Positions 51,091 through 64,000 of a stretch of DNA of 64,000 nt are shown in pieces. Numbering within the stretch: position 1 is the first letter of the stretch; the number at the start of each line of letters is the position of its first letter. Position numbers and translations under genes: made by a program. Origin of the DNA: Camelus ferus (taxonomy: Eukaryota); contig NC_045696.1 of NCBI RefSeq assembly GCF_009834535.1, forward strand, positions 103,418,001 to 103,482,000, written 5' to 3'. A model generated the notes under the pieces. That model searched no databases, was not told the origin of the DNA, and worked only from the letters and a program-made list of their open reading frames with translations.

Positions 51091-52299
51091 CACCCAGTAC
51101 TGCCTCCATACTGAATGATGACAGAGTTCTGGGGAAACTTCACAAAGCTGAATGGGGCAGAATGAGAGAAATGGTTGTTGACCACTGGTTGAATATGCTA
51201 TCCAGTGGGCAGAATCCATTTTCTATTTTCTGTGGGCATAAACAAGATATTTTGGTGCTTAATTGCTAAAACTCTTCATTTTTTCCTGAAGTTTAGAATC
51301 ATGTATACAGATAAAAAGTATTTGCATAGCAGCATCTTATTTATAACCTGCTGTTATAATGATGATTGTGGTACTAAATCACGGAAAGACCATTGTCTCT
51401 CAGAGAATAGATATTAAGTTTTCCTTAGAAATAGTCCTTCCTTTCCCACAAGCAATAGCTATTATTGTGTTGGCATTTTATTGTATCTGAGAAACACAGT
51501 CGTGAATAGATGTTCCTCGTCACAGAAAATGTCCTTTTCCACAAATTGATTCTAATATTGAATGCTTTTACTAATCCTTTTAACAAACAGCATCTCTACA
51601 TCCTTTGCAGGTTAAAGGACAGACACTTGCATTATTGATCATCTTAAATTAAATGAAACAGTGCTTTTGTAAAGCATGGGCACAGTGTCTGGTATAGAAA
51701 ATAGTCTGTAAATGGTAGGAGTGTTTTGGTTATGATTTTTAATACTGGCATCCACTGTGTTAGGTGTTTTATGAAAAAGTGTGTGTTATGATCTAAAAGG
51801 CTTATTTACTAAATAAAAAATAAATTAGAAAAAAGTAAAAAATAAAATAAATAAAAACAAAAAATAGAAAAAAAGGGAGAAAAATTAAAAAATAAATTCA
51901 AATAACCAAGTCAATGAGAAAGATTATTAATAATTTGATTATAAAAATTTACAGAAGTGGATGGAGTTATAGGTACAATAAGAATGGCAGAATGTTAATA
52001 TTTATTGAAGCTGGGTGATGAGTACATTACATGAAGTTCATTATACTTTGTTTACTTTGTACATCCTTGAAATTTTCCAGAATAGAATGTTTTTTAAAAA
52101 TGAGGGCAAAGGATAAGTAATTTTCTTGTTGCATATTTTTCTGGTTCACTTAGTTGAAAAGTAACCAAAAGAAGGTATAGATGTAATGTTTTCAGAAGAA
52201 CATTTTTTTTTTAAGAAAAGCTGGACTAATAGGAAACAGATAACTCTGGAAACATAAGATAATTTCCTTGTATTCTAATTAGTAACCTTAGGTAAATTT

Positions 52300-53100
52300 G
52301 AGATGCTATTGTATCCATAAAACAAGAACAAGTGTGTGTATCTGAGACCAAAAAATTATTGAAAATTTAAAATATAATGAATTCCTTTAATTAAAAATCA
52401 AGGTAAGAGTTGAAAAAAAAAAAGGTCAAATGACTCTCCCAGAGTGTAAAGCAAAAAGACAAAAGAAAAGAAATACTGTATTTTTAAAAATTCAAAGACT
52501 ATCTAGGATCAGTCCAGGAGGAACAATAGTCAACTAATATTTCCAGAAGGAGACAAGAAAATGCAAGGGGAAAAATAATGAGAGAAATACAGAGAAAAAG
52601 ATAATTCCCGAGAGTTAAGGGAAGATAGGCGTCTTCAGACCAAAAGAGCTTACTGAGTGAGTGCCAAGCAAAATAAATAAAAATAGACCCATACTTAACT
52701 ATAACCTTGTGATTTTATAGTACATCAAATACTAAGAGAGGATCCTAAAATCTTCCAGAGAACAAATAACAGGTCAACTACAACAAAACAGAAACCTGAC
52801 TGGCACCAGTCTTCTCATCAACAGTATTCAGTGCAACAGTGCTCAGACGGCAGAGCACTGCCTGCAGTTCTGAGCATCAGAACCCCACACCCAGCTAAGC
52901 TACCACTCAGCTCTAAGGGTAAAATGAAGACACGTTCAGAACTCAGAAAGTCCACCTCTCACAAATCCGTTATGCAAACATCAATTAAGCATGGACCAGT
53001 GAAAAGAAAAAGGAATCCAAGAAAGAGAAAAACCTGGGATGCAAGGAACACTGGTCCTAACCTAGGAGTACAATGAAGGGAAGGCCTAAAATGACAAGTG
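52300..53100 (+). mobile_element. Ancient L1/HAL1 ORF1-region remnant
   Basis: aattcccagagttaagggaagat..gtcttcagacc...aaatagaccca...gatcctaaaatcttccagaga...cttctcatcaacag; similar remnants near 22600-22950 and 37150-37450. Confidence 0.55.
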
Positions 53101-54539
53101 TACAGCAGGTCAAGAGAGCAACTGGTTTCAAAGGCAGAAGAATGTCTTCAAGCAGAAGGTCGATTCCATGGCCACAGAGACTGGGATTAAGATCCTGAAC
53201 ATATTTAGTCACGTGGTTGAAGGCATGTGCTGCTTTTGTTCAGAAGGAAAATGGAAAGCAATTAAAATGAGCAGAAAATTATGTTCCAAGTATAAAGCTA
53301 ACTAAAATGTGGTATTATTTTGAGCAATTCATGGAGTTTTGAAAACGTAATTATAGAATCTCAATGTTGGAGCATCCTTCCTAGTGGCACAGTGCTATTG
53401 ATATAGATTTACTTTTTCTAGTCTAATGGATGCATTTTGCTCTACAATGAGTACTATGTTCATGATCAAAATAGTATAATTGCAGTTTATTGACTTTCAA
53501 AACTCAGAGTCAACCAAATAACCATTCACAGAACAAAATATAATTGTTATAAATTCAGACAATGTAAAAGTGATGGTGGATTTGACAGAAGCCAAGTGTC
53601 TCTGGAGGAGAGATCTGAAGGAAGAAAGTTGAAGGGAAATGTTATCCTGTACTGTTTTCTTAGCTCAGAAATTCACCATCAAAAATATCAGGGTTTTTTT
53701 TTTTTTAAAGAAAGTAATTTAAAGTGGACTTTTGTAAAGCTGGAAAATCATGATTCTCCAGAAATTCTATAAATTAAAAAAAAAAGTTACCCATCAGAGG
53801 TCAGGAATAAGGATGGTAAACAAAATACTTTCCATATCCTGAAGTCTAGGGCATCGTCCAATGAATAAGGAAGTGTGGGCTAAAAGAATAGTAGGTCCTG
53901 TCTTTCCATATTTTATCTTTATTTGAACAAAGATGTCTCCAAATAGTGATTGGGACTCATTTCCCCCTATTCAAATAAGCTGTAGTCTTCTGGCATGTTT
54001 GCCAGACAACTTCTAGGGAAAAGTTGGAACAATTCAAAACTTGAATCCAATTTTCTAGTTGCCAGGGTTGCATTATCTGATAGCATTAACAGACAACTGA
54101 CATTATTTAAACAATCTCTTTTCCTTTCAGTTTGATGGTTTGTTCTTAGTGGAAAATAATTGTGTCAGAGAATTGACTGTGTTCCTTTAAGCAGGAACTA
54201 TCTGTCATAATCTAAGAGGAACATGAAGGAAAATTTAAATGTCACTTGAGGCAACATCACAACATTATTTCCTAAGAGATTCGACAATGTCTCTAGGGAC
54301 ATGAGAATTCAAGCTCCTTGATTCTAATTTACTATGTTGCAACCAACTTACTGTATGACCATAGCTTAATTACTTTTACACAAATTCATTATCTCCAATG
54401 TATTATGTACAAGGATATAACTCTGCCTGGCTGAGGATATTATGAGGAGAATGATCTTTCGGTTAAATGACAGTTTGGGAGTTAGGAAATCCCCATAAAT
54501 GCATATTGTGTTTCAACTTCCTGCAAATCACATAAGCTT

Positions 54540-54965
54540 ATATTAGTTAATGATCTTTCCTTAGCAAGAAACAGAAAGTAAACTCTAATTGACTTAGACA
54601 ATAAGGAAAATTTATAGGTGAACCTAGCTTAAAGTCCAGCTTTGAAAAAGGTTTAACCCAGGGCCCAAAAGAACTCAATAAATCCTGGATTCTTGCTTTT
54701 CATTTATTGGTTCTATAACTTTAGGGTTAGTTTCCAGAAGCTTCTGGGTCTTCATAGTTCCAGGTTCAAATCCAGCAGAATAGAGAGATTCATCACCCTC
54801 AACAGCTTAAATAAAACCCCCCAGTGTTGTCTCATTGGCTCCCCCACTGCCCTGACTTGGGTGCTGTGTTGACTTAAACCAACTATGAAGGCCAGGGGGA
54901 TGGGATATGCCAATTGGGTCAAGGCCAGGAGGGTGTACGCTTGCCCTGGGGATGGGGTCACTCCC
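54540..54965 (-). mobile_element. MLT1-type (MaLR) LTR remnant
   Basis: agcaagaaacagaaagtaaactctaattgacttagacaataaggaaaatttat...tctcattggctccc. Confidence 0.55.
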
Positions 54966-57900
54966 TTTCAAAAGCTAGGTTCAGAAATTTGGAATAGTGT
55001 TAGGAAGGGGCAATAAAGCCTACAGCCTTCTATCTAAATGCCTCCAAAACCTAATGTTTCAACCTAGAGTCATTCTTGTCTTCACTGATTCACTCAACTA
55101 ACATTTCTTTAGGGCTCCCTATATGTGAGGTCTTGACACCATTCTGCTTCACTCCATTTCCAGGCTCCCTTTTAAGGGAAAGCACCAAGAATTAGAGCTC
55201 AGACTGGAGGCAGAATTATGAGGTTAAGAAAACTGTTCTCCCAAGAACCTCCTCTTTTGGGGGCTTGTTCCTTACATTTGTGGGTTTCTGGGAAAGAAAG
55301 AGAAATAGCTACCCGACCATCCACATACCCTACCCACACACACCTTCCAGCTGTGTATTTACAATTTGGGGGTTAATAGACTCCTCCTAGCCCATTCACA
55401 GGCCCAGGTTAAGAACCTTTGGGCTACAGGATCATTAAGATATATAAGTAATCATCTTCTGGATATAAGATTTATAATGATACTATGATTTGATAGTGAC
55501 ATTTGAAACAGAGCCTTACTTTTCTGAGTGACCAAGGAAAGATAAGCACATTCTACTTCTTGGGAGAGACCACCCCTTTACCTACACTGAGGGGAGGGGT
55601 GGCTACAGCATCTCTGGCCTGTGGGTTGTGTACAACATAGGAAGGGACAGGAATTGTTCCTCTATTTCTGATGTCCCGCTGGCTGAGTAGGAAACACAAG
55701 AGAGATAACAGATGATTAAGGCCTCTCCCCAGGTTCCTTTGTGAAAGCAGCCTTTGGGAAAACACAGAAAATGAGAGACAAGTACAACTGAAACGTTTTC
55801 AACCATGCTTTGACCTGTGCCTGCCCCATTTACAAGGCACTCAAACAACCGCATGAAGTTGCTACACATCTAGGATGTCATGAAACGAGGGAGGCCCTGG
55901 TGATTACCGGACCAACCATGGCTTGGTGTTAAGCGCAGCTCTGACTCTGTGTCTCTTTACTCACTAAATCTGTGGACCCTGAGGATCCATTTGTATTTTT
56001 TTTTCCTAGGGGGAAGACAGGTTTTCATGTTCGACAGGATGCTCTGGTCCTCCTAGTGTAGACTTTGGGGCTTGTTCCTATGCCCTTGTAGGGGGGCAGC
56101 TGTACCTAAAGTGAACTTGAAAAGTGGGAGAGAAAATGGAAAAGTAGAAAAAGACCTGCTGATCCAACTTGGCAAAATAGCAGAAAATAAGACGTCCTTG
56201 GACTCTCACCAAGATTGGACTCTATGTCTGCAGTCAACATTTCAGTGGAAGCCCTTTGGGTGCTGTTGAGGGAGAAAATGGCAGAACATTAGAAAGATAG
56301 GATCTTATTTCTAAAACAAACGCACGTTGGCTGGGAGGAAACAATCGCAGCTTTAGTTCCCACCTTGGCCCCGCGCTCTTCCTCTGCAGGACACCCCCCA
56401 GAAGCCTGGCTTCTGGGCTTCCGCTCCTGCTCACTAACCGGAGCTGTGAGGGATGGGTTCTTTCAAACAGGCTAATCCCATTGGAGATTAATTTCCTTTT
56501 GTGTTCCCAGATTTAGAAATAGAGCTGGTCCTCAAAGGTTATTTTGGAAGTTAGGGCAAAGCGTTTACTTGCAAATCCTTGTAAGTGGGGCTTAGTCAAG
56601 GGGTATCCCACAGGCACTTTGGACTTTTGGGATGAGCCAGCCTTCCAAAGTGAATGTGCTTTGATTTCTGAAGTTAACTTGTAGGTTGGAAGAGGGTTTA
56701 CATGCACTGAACACAAGACTTTGTCTTCAGAATTTTTTTCCAGATTTCAGCACTTTTGAGACTCAGGAGAGAATTAGGTCTTTTTCTTATACCAGTAGTT
56801 TGTCAGCTAGCTGAGGTGCTGAGAAAGCAGTTCATTTGTCTTAGAGCTTTTCCTTGGCTCCTGACTCTTCCCCACCCCATCCCGCACCCCCACCGCAGGT
56901 TCAGTGCTGCCTCTCACTCCTGGGACGATGCGGGTGGCAGGAGGTTCCAACCCTCACTGGAAATTCACTGGCTCAGGATAGAGTTGGTCTTGCTCTTTCC
57001 TGCCACTGCCTTGATCTTGGTTTCTGGATTTCTAGTAACCAAGCACCTGCCTATCTTCTTGTTCCAGGCTGACCCTTGCTCTGTTCCTGAGTTTCTGGTA
57101 ATTATGTTTCCTTCCCAGCTTCACAGGGAGGTTATTGCCCTCTGTTCTCTCCAGTAACTCCATTTGTCTGACCTTGACTCCTCTTTCTGAGTTATCTGCA
57201 TCCATTTCACGCCTCCTCGGCACATAATCACTCACCTACCACAGGTGTAAGACTGTTCATATTTTCATTGGGGGCACATATTTTACTGAGCTTTAATTTT
57301 TTTAATGAGCAGAAAGTCCCCCACCTGAGCTATTAAATTTATTGAAGGCTCTAAATCTCACTGAAAACAACTAGTTAACTTGCTAACATTGAATTGCATC
57401 AGCTGACAGAAACACAAACAAGATGAGCTTAAAAAAAAACAAAAAATCACCTAACACCTCATAACACAAGCAGAGGGAAACTTAACTATTTTAGTGTGAC
57501 AAGGCAACAACCAGCGCAAACATTTCAATAAAATCTGAACCAGCTGTAACAGCCACCCAGCGAAGAATCCCATTTTAGTTTTTACGAGAGATCCAAAGTT
57601 TAAGATTAAGAGTCATAGTCATAACAATTACTATAATCATCTCGCTGTTTAAAACCAAAGGAAAAAAAAGACATTGATACACTCTGTCTTTTTCTCTAAG
57701 TTATCTTGGCAGGAAAAAATGAAATGTGGTTCAACTTTGCAGATAAGAATGTGGAGCATCTTTCTTAAAGACGGGGGTTTCTTCCTCTATTTTATCATTG
57801 AAACGCTTCAATAGACCAATTGCAGTATAGAGTTTAAAAGACAACATTCCCTTTAGAAATGGTACAGGAAAGTTTCTAGTTGTAGTAATGGGATTATGCA

Positions 57901-58069
57901 AGACCAACACATGCAAAATTAGCTGTAAAGCTCTTGAACTTTTTCCTGGCCTCTGAAACCATCGATATTACCTGGGGTACTTATGCGGTCAAAGTCTGAT
58001 AGAGCTCACGTAGTTTAGTTAGGATTTCTCAGCTGCCATTCACCAAAAAAAAAAAAACAAAGAAAAGTG

Positions 58070-58400
58070 GTTGATACAAGAGTATATTTTTCTCATGGAG
58101 GAGGGCCCAGCGTTGGCTCAGCACTCAACATCATAGAGAATCTAAGTTCTTGCCATCTCTTTCTCAGTGGGTCCGCTGTGTGTTCCCTCGGGGTTTCACG
58201 ATGCCTGCAGCAGGTCCACAGGGACAGGTCCCTAACCAGCAAGGGGGAGCAGGGACTCCTCACATATCCCTTTTTATTGGAGAAGAAATCCTTTCCCAAA
58301 AGCACCTACCCTCTGCCCTTCACCATTCTTTCATCTCATTGACCAGAACTTGGTCCTACAGTACATTTTGCTAAGAAGTGGCAATCTGCTATGAGCAGAT
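58070..58400 (-). mobile_element. MLT1-type (MaLR) LTR remnant
   Basis: cgatgcctgcagcaggtcc...aaatcctttcccaaaagcacc...atctcattgaccagaact. Confidence 0.55.
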
Positions 58401-59024
58401 TTCCACCTTTTACTAACCCATGGAACATTTCGTAGCACATGGGGCTTATTTCCTCCTCAAAGAAGTCCATAGTACTCAACCTTACAGGCCACGTGGATTT
58501 GTTTTCTTTTTTCAAGGTAGACCTTTATCTGTTATGATTAGCAATTTCAGGCTTTCTATTTATGTAGTCCAGTTTGGAAATGTATGTTTCTCTAGAAAGT
58601 CATTGCCCATGGTCTGGTTTTTCAGTCACTGGAACAAAGCTGTACCTAAAAAAAAATTGAAATCCCTGCGTCTTGTTTTCATTCCTCATGTTACTGTGTC
58701 TTTTTGCTTTCTTTCTTTTCTGGATCACACTTGCCAAAAGGCTTTCTGTGTTTTGATCTGGTCAGAACATGGAATTTAAATCTATTGTTTTGGGGTTTCT
58801 ATTTCATATTATCTATTTTATCTTTATTGATTCCTTCCTTCTGCCTTCTTTGGTTTATTTTTTGTCGTCTAGTTTCTAGAGTTGAATGCTAAGTTCACTT
58901 ATTTTCAAGCTTTCTAGCTTTCTAACATCTGGTTTTAACATCATAATTTGCTCCCTGAGAAGCTACTTTGTTATGACTCAGAGTTGAGATGATTTGTTCC
59001 CATTGTCACTGGTTTCTGAAAAGC

Positions 59025-59315
59025 TCTACTGCCCCACCCTGTGGGAGAATTATACTTCCTTACCCCATTGTTGCTAGACTTGGCCATGCGACTCATACTT
59101 TAGCCAATCAAATATGAGCAGAAGTGAAGTCTACATTTTAGGAGTCACAGTGTGGTTGCATCATCTTCCTTTCTCTTTGACAAAAAAGACCAGCGAAGTC
59201 TTAGATAGGGCTGCTCTTTTGGTCCACAGACCAGACTGAAGAGGACACGAGAGAGGCAGCTGACCTGGAAGAAGGATATGGTATGAGTAAGAAACAAAAT
59301 TCTGTTGTTCTCAGC
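59025..59315 (+). mobile_element. MLT1I-like LTR remnant
   Basis: gaattatacttccttaccccattg...cttggccatgcgact...tagccaatcaaatatgagcagaagtga...atgagtaagaaacaaaattctgttg. Confidence 0.7.
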
Positions 59316-59339
59316 TCCTGATACAGCCTTAAATAGTTC

Positions 59340-60460
59340 AACATGCATTTCTAAAGAATAAGAACACCTTCCTCTATAGCCAAAAATAACATTTCACATC
59401 TAAAAAAAGTAATGATGATTTCTTAATATTAATCTAATACTTAATACATATTCGAATTTCTTCATTTCGCCCAAAATGTCCTTTAGAGATGGTTTGTACA
59501 AACCATGAACCAATCCAGAGCCACCTATACCATGTAAGTGTTATGTTTTTAAACTGTCTTTTAACCTAGAAGAGTCCCTTTTCTTATTCCAGTGATCTGT
59601 TGAAGAGCCCAGGCCAGTTGTCCTTTTTAGGACACCTTTTAGACTTGTTTGTTTCCCCATGCTGTTGTTCAGCATGTCCCTATATCCCCCACATTTCAGT
59701 AAATAAGTTAGATGTAAACATTCGGTTAGATTGAAGTTAAACATTTTGGCTAGAATACATATACATGATATTGTGTACTTCGTATTGTATCACATGGGAA
59801 GACACACAGTTGGTTATGTCACCATTAGTCATGCTAATGGGATGGAGGACCACAAGGTTCAGGTGAGAACAGCCTGATCCCTCTGATACATAGTCATGTT
59901 TTTATCTTGTGACCAGAAAGTAACCCAAATGTTATCACTCTGATACCATATGAATAACCATTACCCATCCACAGAGGTTTTAGACCAATTGATAATCCTT
60001 GCTTGAATCAATAATTTCATTAGGGATTATAAAATGGCTCTTCTGTAGAGCTTCCCCTTCCTTGTTTGTATGGGTTTTGGGGGGAGGGAGAGATAATTGG
60101 GCTTATTTATTTACTTTTAATGGAGGTACTGAGGACTGAACCCAGGACCTCATGCATGGTAGGCATGTACTCTATCACTGAGCTATACCCTCCCCCAGAG
60201 CTTTGCATTCTTAATGGAGCCATTTGGTTTCTGCCGTAGAGTTGCTACCAGCAAGGCAGGATAAATACTTAATTCTTTCTTCTTAGTTATCCACTTCCAA
60301 AGTACAGAGTTGGTTTAAATGTGACAAATGAGTTTTTCCCTGGATTTCACTTGTCCTTATGGGCTTCTGAATTCTCTGAGAGTTGATGTGTTTCAATCAA
60401 CAATTGTATTCCTCTTTTCAATGTTCTAATTGTGTCTAATGCAATCCCTAATGAAATGAT
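59340..60460 (-). mobile_element. L1MC-type 3' remnant (interrupted by a Vic-1-like SINE)
   Basis: cccaaaatgtcctttagagatggtttgtacaaacc...acattttggctagaatac...cttgaatcaataatttcattagggatt. Confidence 0.65.
60054..60196 (-). mobile_element. Camelid tRNA-derived SINE (Vic-1-like), inserted in an old L1MC
   Basis: ggaggtactgaggactgaacccagg...ctgagctataccctccccc; flanking agagctt at 60047-60053 and 60197-60203. Confidence 0.85.
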
Positions 60461-63377
60461 TGATTCTAGCAGGATCCTTCATGTAGGGGAAACAGAAGCA
60501 AAGAAACCCAAGACCTTGGACTCAGTAAGTCAATGGAAAGGTCAGAAGGGAGAAAAATGGGACAGATAGCCAGGATATAGCCACAGGTCTCCATTTTCCT
60601 GAGAGGTTCACAGTGCATCACTGAGAATAAGAGGGATCTGTTTTGTCCCTTTGTACAACAACCCAAAGAAGGGAAGTTTATAGGCACCATTAGTTCTCAG
60701 AAGGAATCACTTGATGGGACCAAGCATCACCATCATTTATCAGATGTACCAAAATGGCCAGTTTCCATCAGCTCTTGCTCCTGAGCCAGGGGTGATGGGT
60801 TTATTTCTGGAATGTAGACGGCAAACATCATTGGGAAAAATCAGTCAATTTATCAATCACATCCCCTTCAAAGTGACACGTCGTGTTGGTGAAATAAAAA
60901 ACTGCTTACACACGTCCAGTGATTTACAGTCCACTTGGGAATATTCATTCAGTTAGCATATACTTATGAGATCAGATGATGGGACAATAAATGTTAGCTA
61001 TCAAACCATCAATATAACTGAGATTCATAAGAGGGATTCTTTAGAGGTCAGGGGACTTTCACTGAGAGAGATGGGGTTGGAATGAGGCCCTAAAATCTGG
61101 GAAAGAGCTTACTGTAGGAAGCTGAAGGCACCAGCTGGAGAGGGCAGACAGTTTCATACAGGATCCTGTAATGCCTAAGATTTCAGACACCAAGAATAAC
61201 TTGGAGGACTGAGGAGCCCCTGCTGGCTCTGGCTGGGATCTAGTACAGAAAATGGTACCATGTACTCTGAATCACTGGTCAGTCACAGTGACTCTGTGAT
61301 AAAATTAGCTACAGGAGGAAGTCGTACTTAATTTCATTTTGGTTTAGTTTAGTTTTTAATCACAGAGAATGGGCATTGTGCAAGAACAAGGGACTTGTCA
61401 TCAGGGGGCCGATCTGGCCCAGCCTCTGCTCCCCTCTTATCTCCATGTGACCTTAGGAAAACCACAACCTCTCCGAGATTCAAGTCTCTCATCTGTAACA
61501 TAAGCATGAGGATGCCTTCCTAGGGGCTGTGATGAGAACCCAAGGAATTTGCTGTGAAGCCCCAAGTAAATGAAACTTGTGAAAAGTTAAGTTAAAAATG
61601 TTTCGGGTTCTGGAAGTGCCTGGAACTTCTGGATTCAGTTCTGATTTTTTAAAATCGGGACTTGCCTGTGACTTTCTGGTACAGAATGGTGAGGGTGGGT
61701 GGGCAGGTTGGCAGAGTGCCTTGGCATGCCAGACTTGGTGGATGGAAACTCAGAAAACCATCACAAAGGGTCTCAGGATTCCCCTCTCCTAGAACAAGTC
61801 ACTTATTAGGGATTTTTTTTTAAATTATGCACAGGTGGAAGCTTTCTAACTGATAGGCTGGGTTTGGGTTCTTATCTAGCCATGGGGAAGGAAGAATCAC
61901 TTACCTCTTTTCCTAGGCTGAACTTTGACTAGCAGCTGTTCCCTCTCAGACTCACATTTTAAAGGACTGTTTAAAAGAACTCCTTAGTTTATGGTGTGAG
62001 GTTTGAAGAATGATTTGCGGGGTGTCCCCTCTGGAAAGTAAGCGGTAATACAGAGCACAAATTTCATTCTTCTGCCCAGAAAGTTCTGCTTAGATATCTC
62101 ATTATAGATGACCTTAACGGAAGCTATTGTTTCTCTGGGCACTGCTCTGAAAATGGTGTGAGAAAAATGGAACATTGGAAGGACTGCCCCAACATCTCTC
62201 CTCTTTTTGCCATTTATATAGAAGTCCTTATTAGGCAATAGGAAAAAACTCTGCAGTTTCATCAACTGTGATCTCAAAAGTAGCCACACCCTCCTCTCAA
62301 GACTTCCCTCTTCCCACACAAAGCTTTTTCCTTTTGGAAATGAGATTTTTATCCTATTTATAGAAGAAATGTGTGCTCCTTTCTCCAACTATAGTCTAAG
62401 ATTAAATCAATTCCACATCACGCCAAAGCTGATCCTTTCTTCTGAAAGGGCAACATTAATGTTCATGGAACCAGTGAGTTTTGCTAGTGAATTGGGTCCT
62501 AGAACAAGGGCACAACTAACAGATTGCTTTCATTTATCTGAGAGCAAGGCCAGATGAAGGCACACAAAGGAAAGTAAACACACAAAGGAAGAAGATATAA
62601 ACAAAAGAGAAACCAGTGTGATTTTAGGAAATGATTTTTATGTAGTCATTTCTACATGCTAAATATTTTATAGGTATTTTAGCATTTAATACAGCAACAC
62701 TGTGAGATAAATATCATTATTATCCCTATTTTAAGATAAGGAAACCTCAAACAGGATGGTTAAATAATTTGGCTATGGTCACACAGTGAACCCTAGTCTC
62801 TGATAAAGACAGTGCTTCCCCAGAAACACTCTCAGGAGGGGTTTTTTCTCTCACCTCCACTGCTTGGAGCCTTGGGCCTGGGGGCAAGACAGGTGCCTTC
62901 ACTTCTCCTGATTGCTGCTTCAAGGTCATGATCCCACTCTCCTCAAAAGCTTTTAGCTTAGAAGCACATTATCAGACTCTGTTGCTAAATATTCCTCTTG
63001 GTTGAGTCAACTGTAGACCCTGGGGGTCTTGAAGATTTTTGTTCTCTGTCATTTTTTTCCAAATTCATGGTCATTTCAAAACCCACATGGACCAGCTTGC
63101 CAACACCTGTCTGCCAGCACCTCGACCTTCTCTTTTCAGTGGTCTTGTTCATTCACCCTATCTGTGCCAGAGGCCGGCTTGTGACTCCTCAAATCTGTTT
63201 CCTCTTTTTCCTGGGTGGATGGCACTTCCCCTCCTCCTTTGTAGCTAGATGTGGCATCATGACTGAATTCTGCACAAAGGAATATGGAAAGAGCCTGAGC
63301 AGCCCTCTGCTTGGTCTTGCTGTGTCTGCCGGCCAGGTGGAGAGCATCTGATGGAGGTTTCTGAGGCGCTAAAACAC

Positions 63378-63790
63378 CACTGTTCAGCAGAAATGTAATG
63401 TGAGCCACATGTGATTTAAAATTCTCTAGTAATTGCTTTAAAAAAGAAAAAGAAACAGGTGAAATTGATTTCAATAATAGATCTTATTTAACCCAATATA
63501 TCAAAACCATTATCATTTCAACATGTAGTCAATATAAAAATTATTAAAGAGGTATTTCGTATTCTTTTTTCATATGAAGTCTTTGAGATCTGATGTGTAA
63601 TTTACACTTGCAGCACAAATCAATTCAGATGCTAAGTTCCCATTAAAAAAAGACGCTCTATTTATAATTTCATAAAGCAGATGCACATACTGAAGTCATT
63701 CCAAATATTCTTTCCAATTTTTAAATGAATGAAGCATAAATAAATTCAGTTTCTGAGTTGCACAAGTCACATTTCAAGTGCACAGTACTG
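63378..63790. mobile_element. MER33/Charlie-related hAT element
   Basis: agaaatgtaatgtgagccacatgtgatttaaaattctctagt...aaacaggtgaaattgatttcaataat...cacatttcaagtgc. Confidence 0.75.
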
Positions 63791-63849
63791 CAAATTGTGG
63801 CCCTAAAGTCTGAGCTGCATGGAAAGACCTTAAGACTGGAAATGACTTC

Positions 63850-63977
63850 AGGGAGCCAGCTTTCACCCCCACCCCATCAATAAGCATAGGGCTGTGGTGT
63901 GAGCAATAAGTAAACCTTGTGTGCCAAGCCCCTAAGCCCAGGGTCATTTGTTACAGCATCTGGTCTGACCGATACAC
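63850..63977 (+). mobile_element. MLT1 LTR 3' end
   Basis: gtgagcaataagtaaaccttgtgtg...atttgttacagcat...ctgaccgataca. Confidence 0.6.
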
Positions 63978-64000
63978 AACCTCAGCCACCCACTCGTGTT

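Noticed and set aside
51805..51905. A-rich tract with several AATAAA
   Set aside because: Low-complexity sequence next to old L1 remnants; no associated transcript evidence.
22219..60196. tRNA-like A/B box sequences at five positions
   Set aside because: They are SINE heads with A-rich tails and, in some copies, TSDs; they are not tRNA genes.
61984..62388. 134-aa minus-strand ORF in AT-rich DNA
   Set aside because: No recognisable motif, not GRK7-like, and I found no convincing splice chain; likely chance.

Overview
Mammalian genomic DNA, almost certainly camelid, judged from five Vic-1-type tRNA-derived SINEs and a camelid-style L1 3' end. The window holds the complete Na+/K+-ATPase beta-3 gene ATP1B3 on the minus strand. 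It has 7 coding exons (48330 down to 11281), all introns are GT-AG, and the 840-nt CDS encodes 279 aa. There is a CpG-island promoter at about 47.6-49.0 kb and two 3'UTR AATAAA signals. The introns and the upstream 15 kb are ordinary AT-rich DNA with L1, L2, MIR, MER DNA-transposon and LTR remnants. The most interesting signal is in the GC-rich, repeat-poor first 8.4 kb. There I can assemble by eye a second minus-strand multi-exon gene just downstream of ATP1B3: at least 7-8 phase-compatible exons, one GC-AG intron, a 29-nt microexon and its own AATAAA, encoding a protein of about 247-288 aa or more that I do not recognise. This model is an inference and needs RNA-seq and comparative validation. 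Repeat family names come from recalled consensus sequences, and repeat boundaries are approximate.
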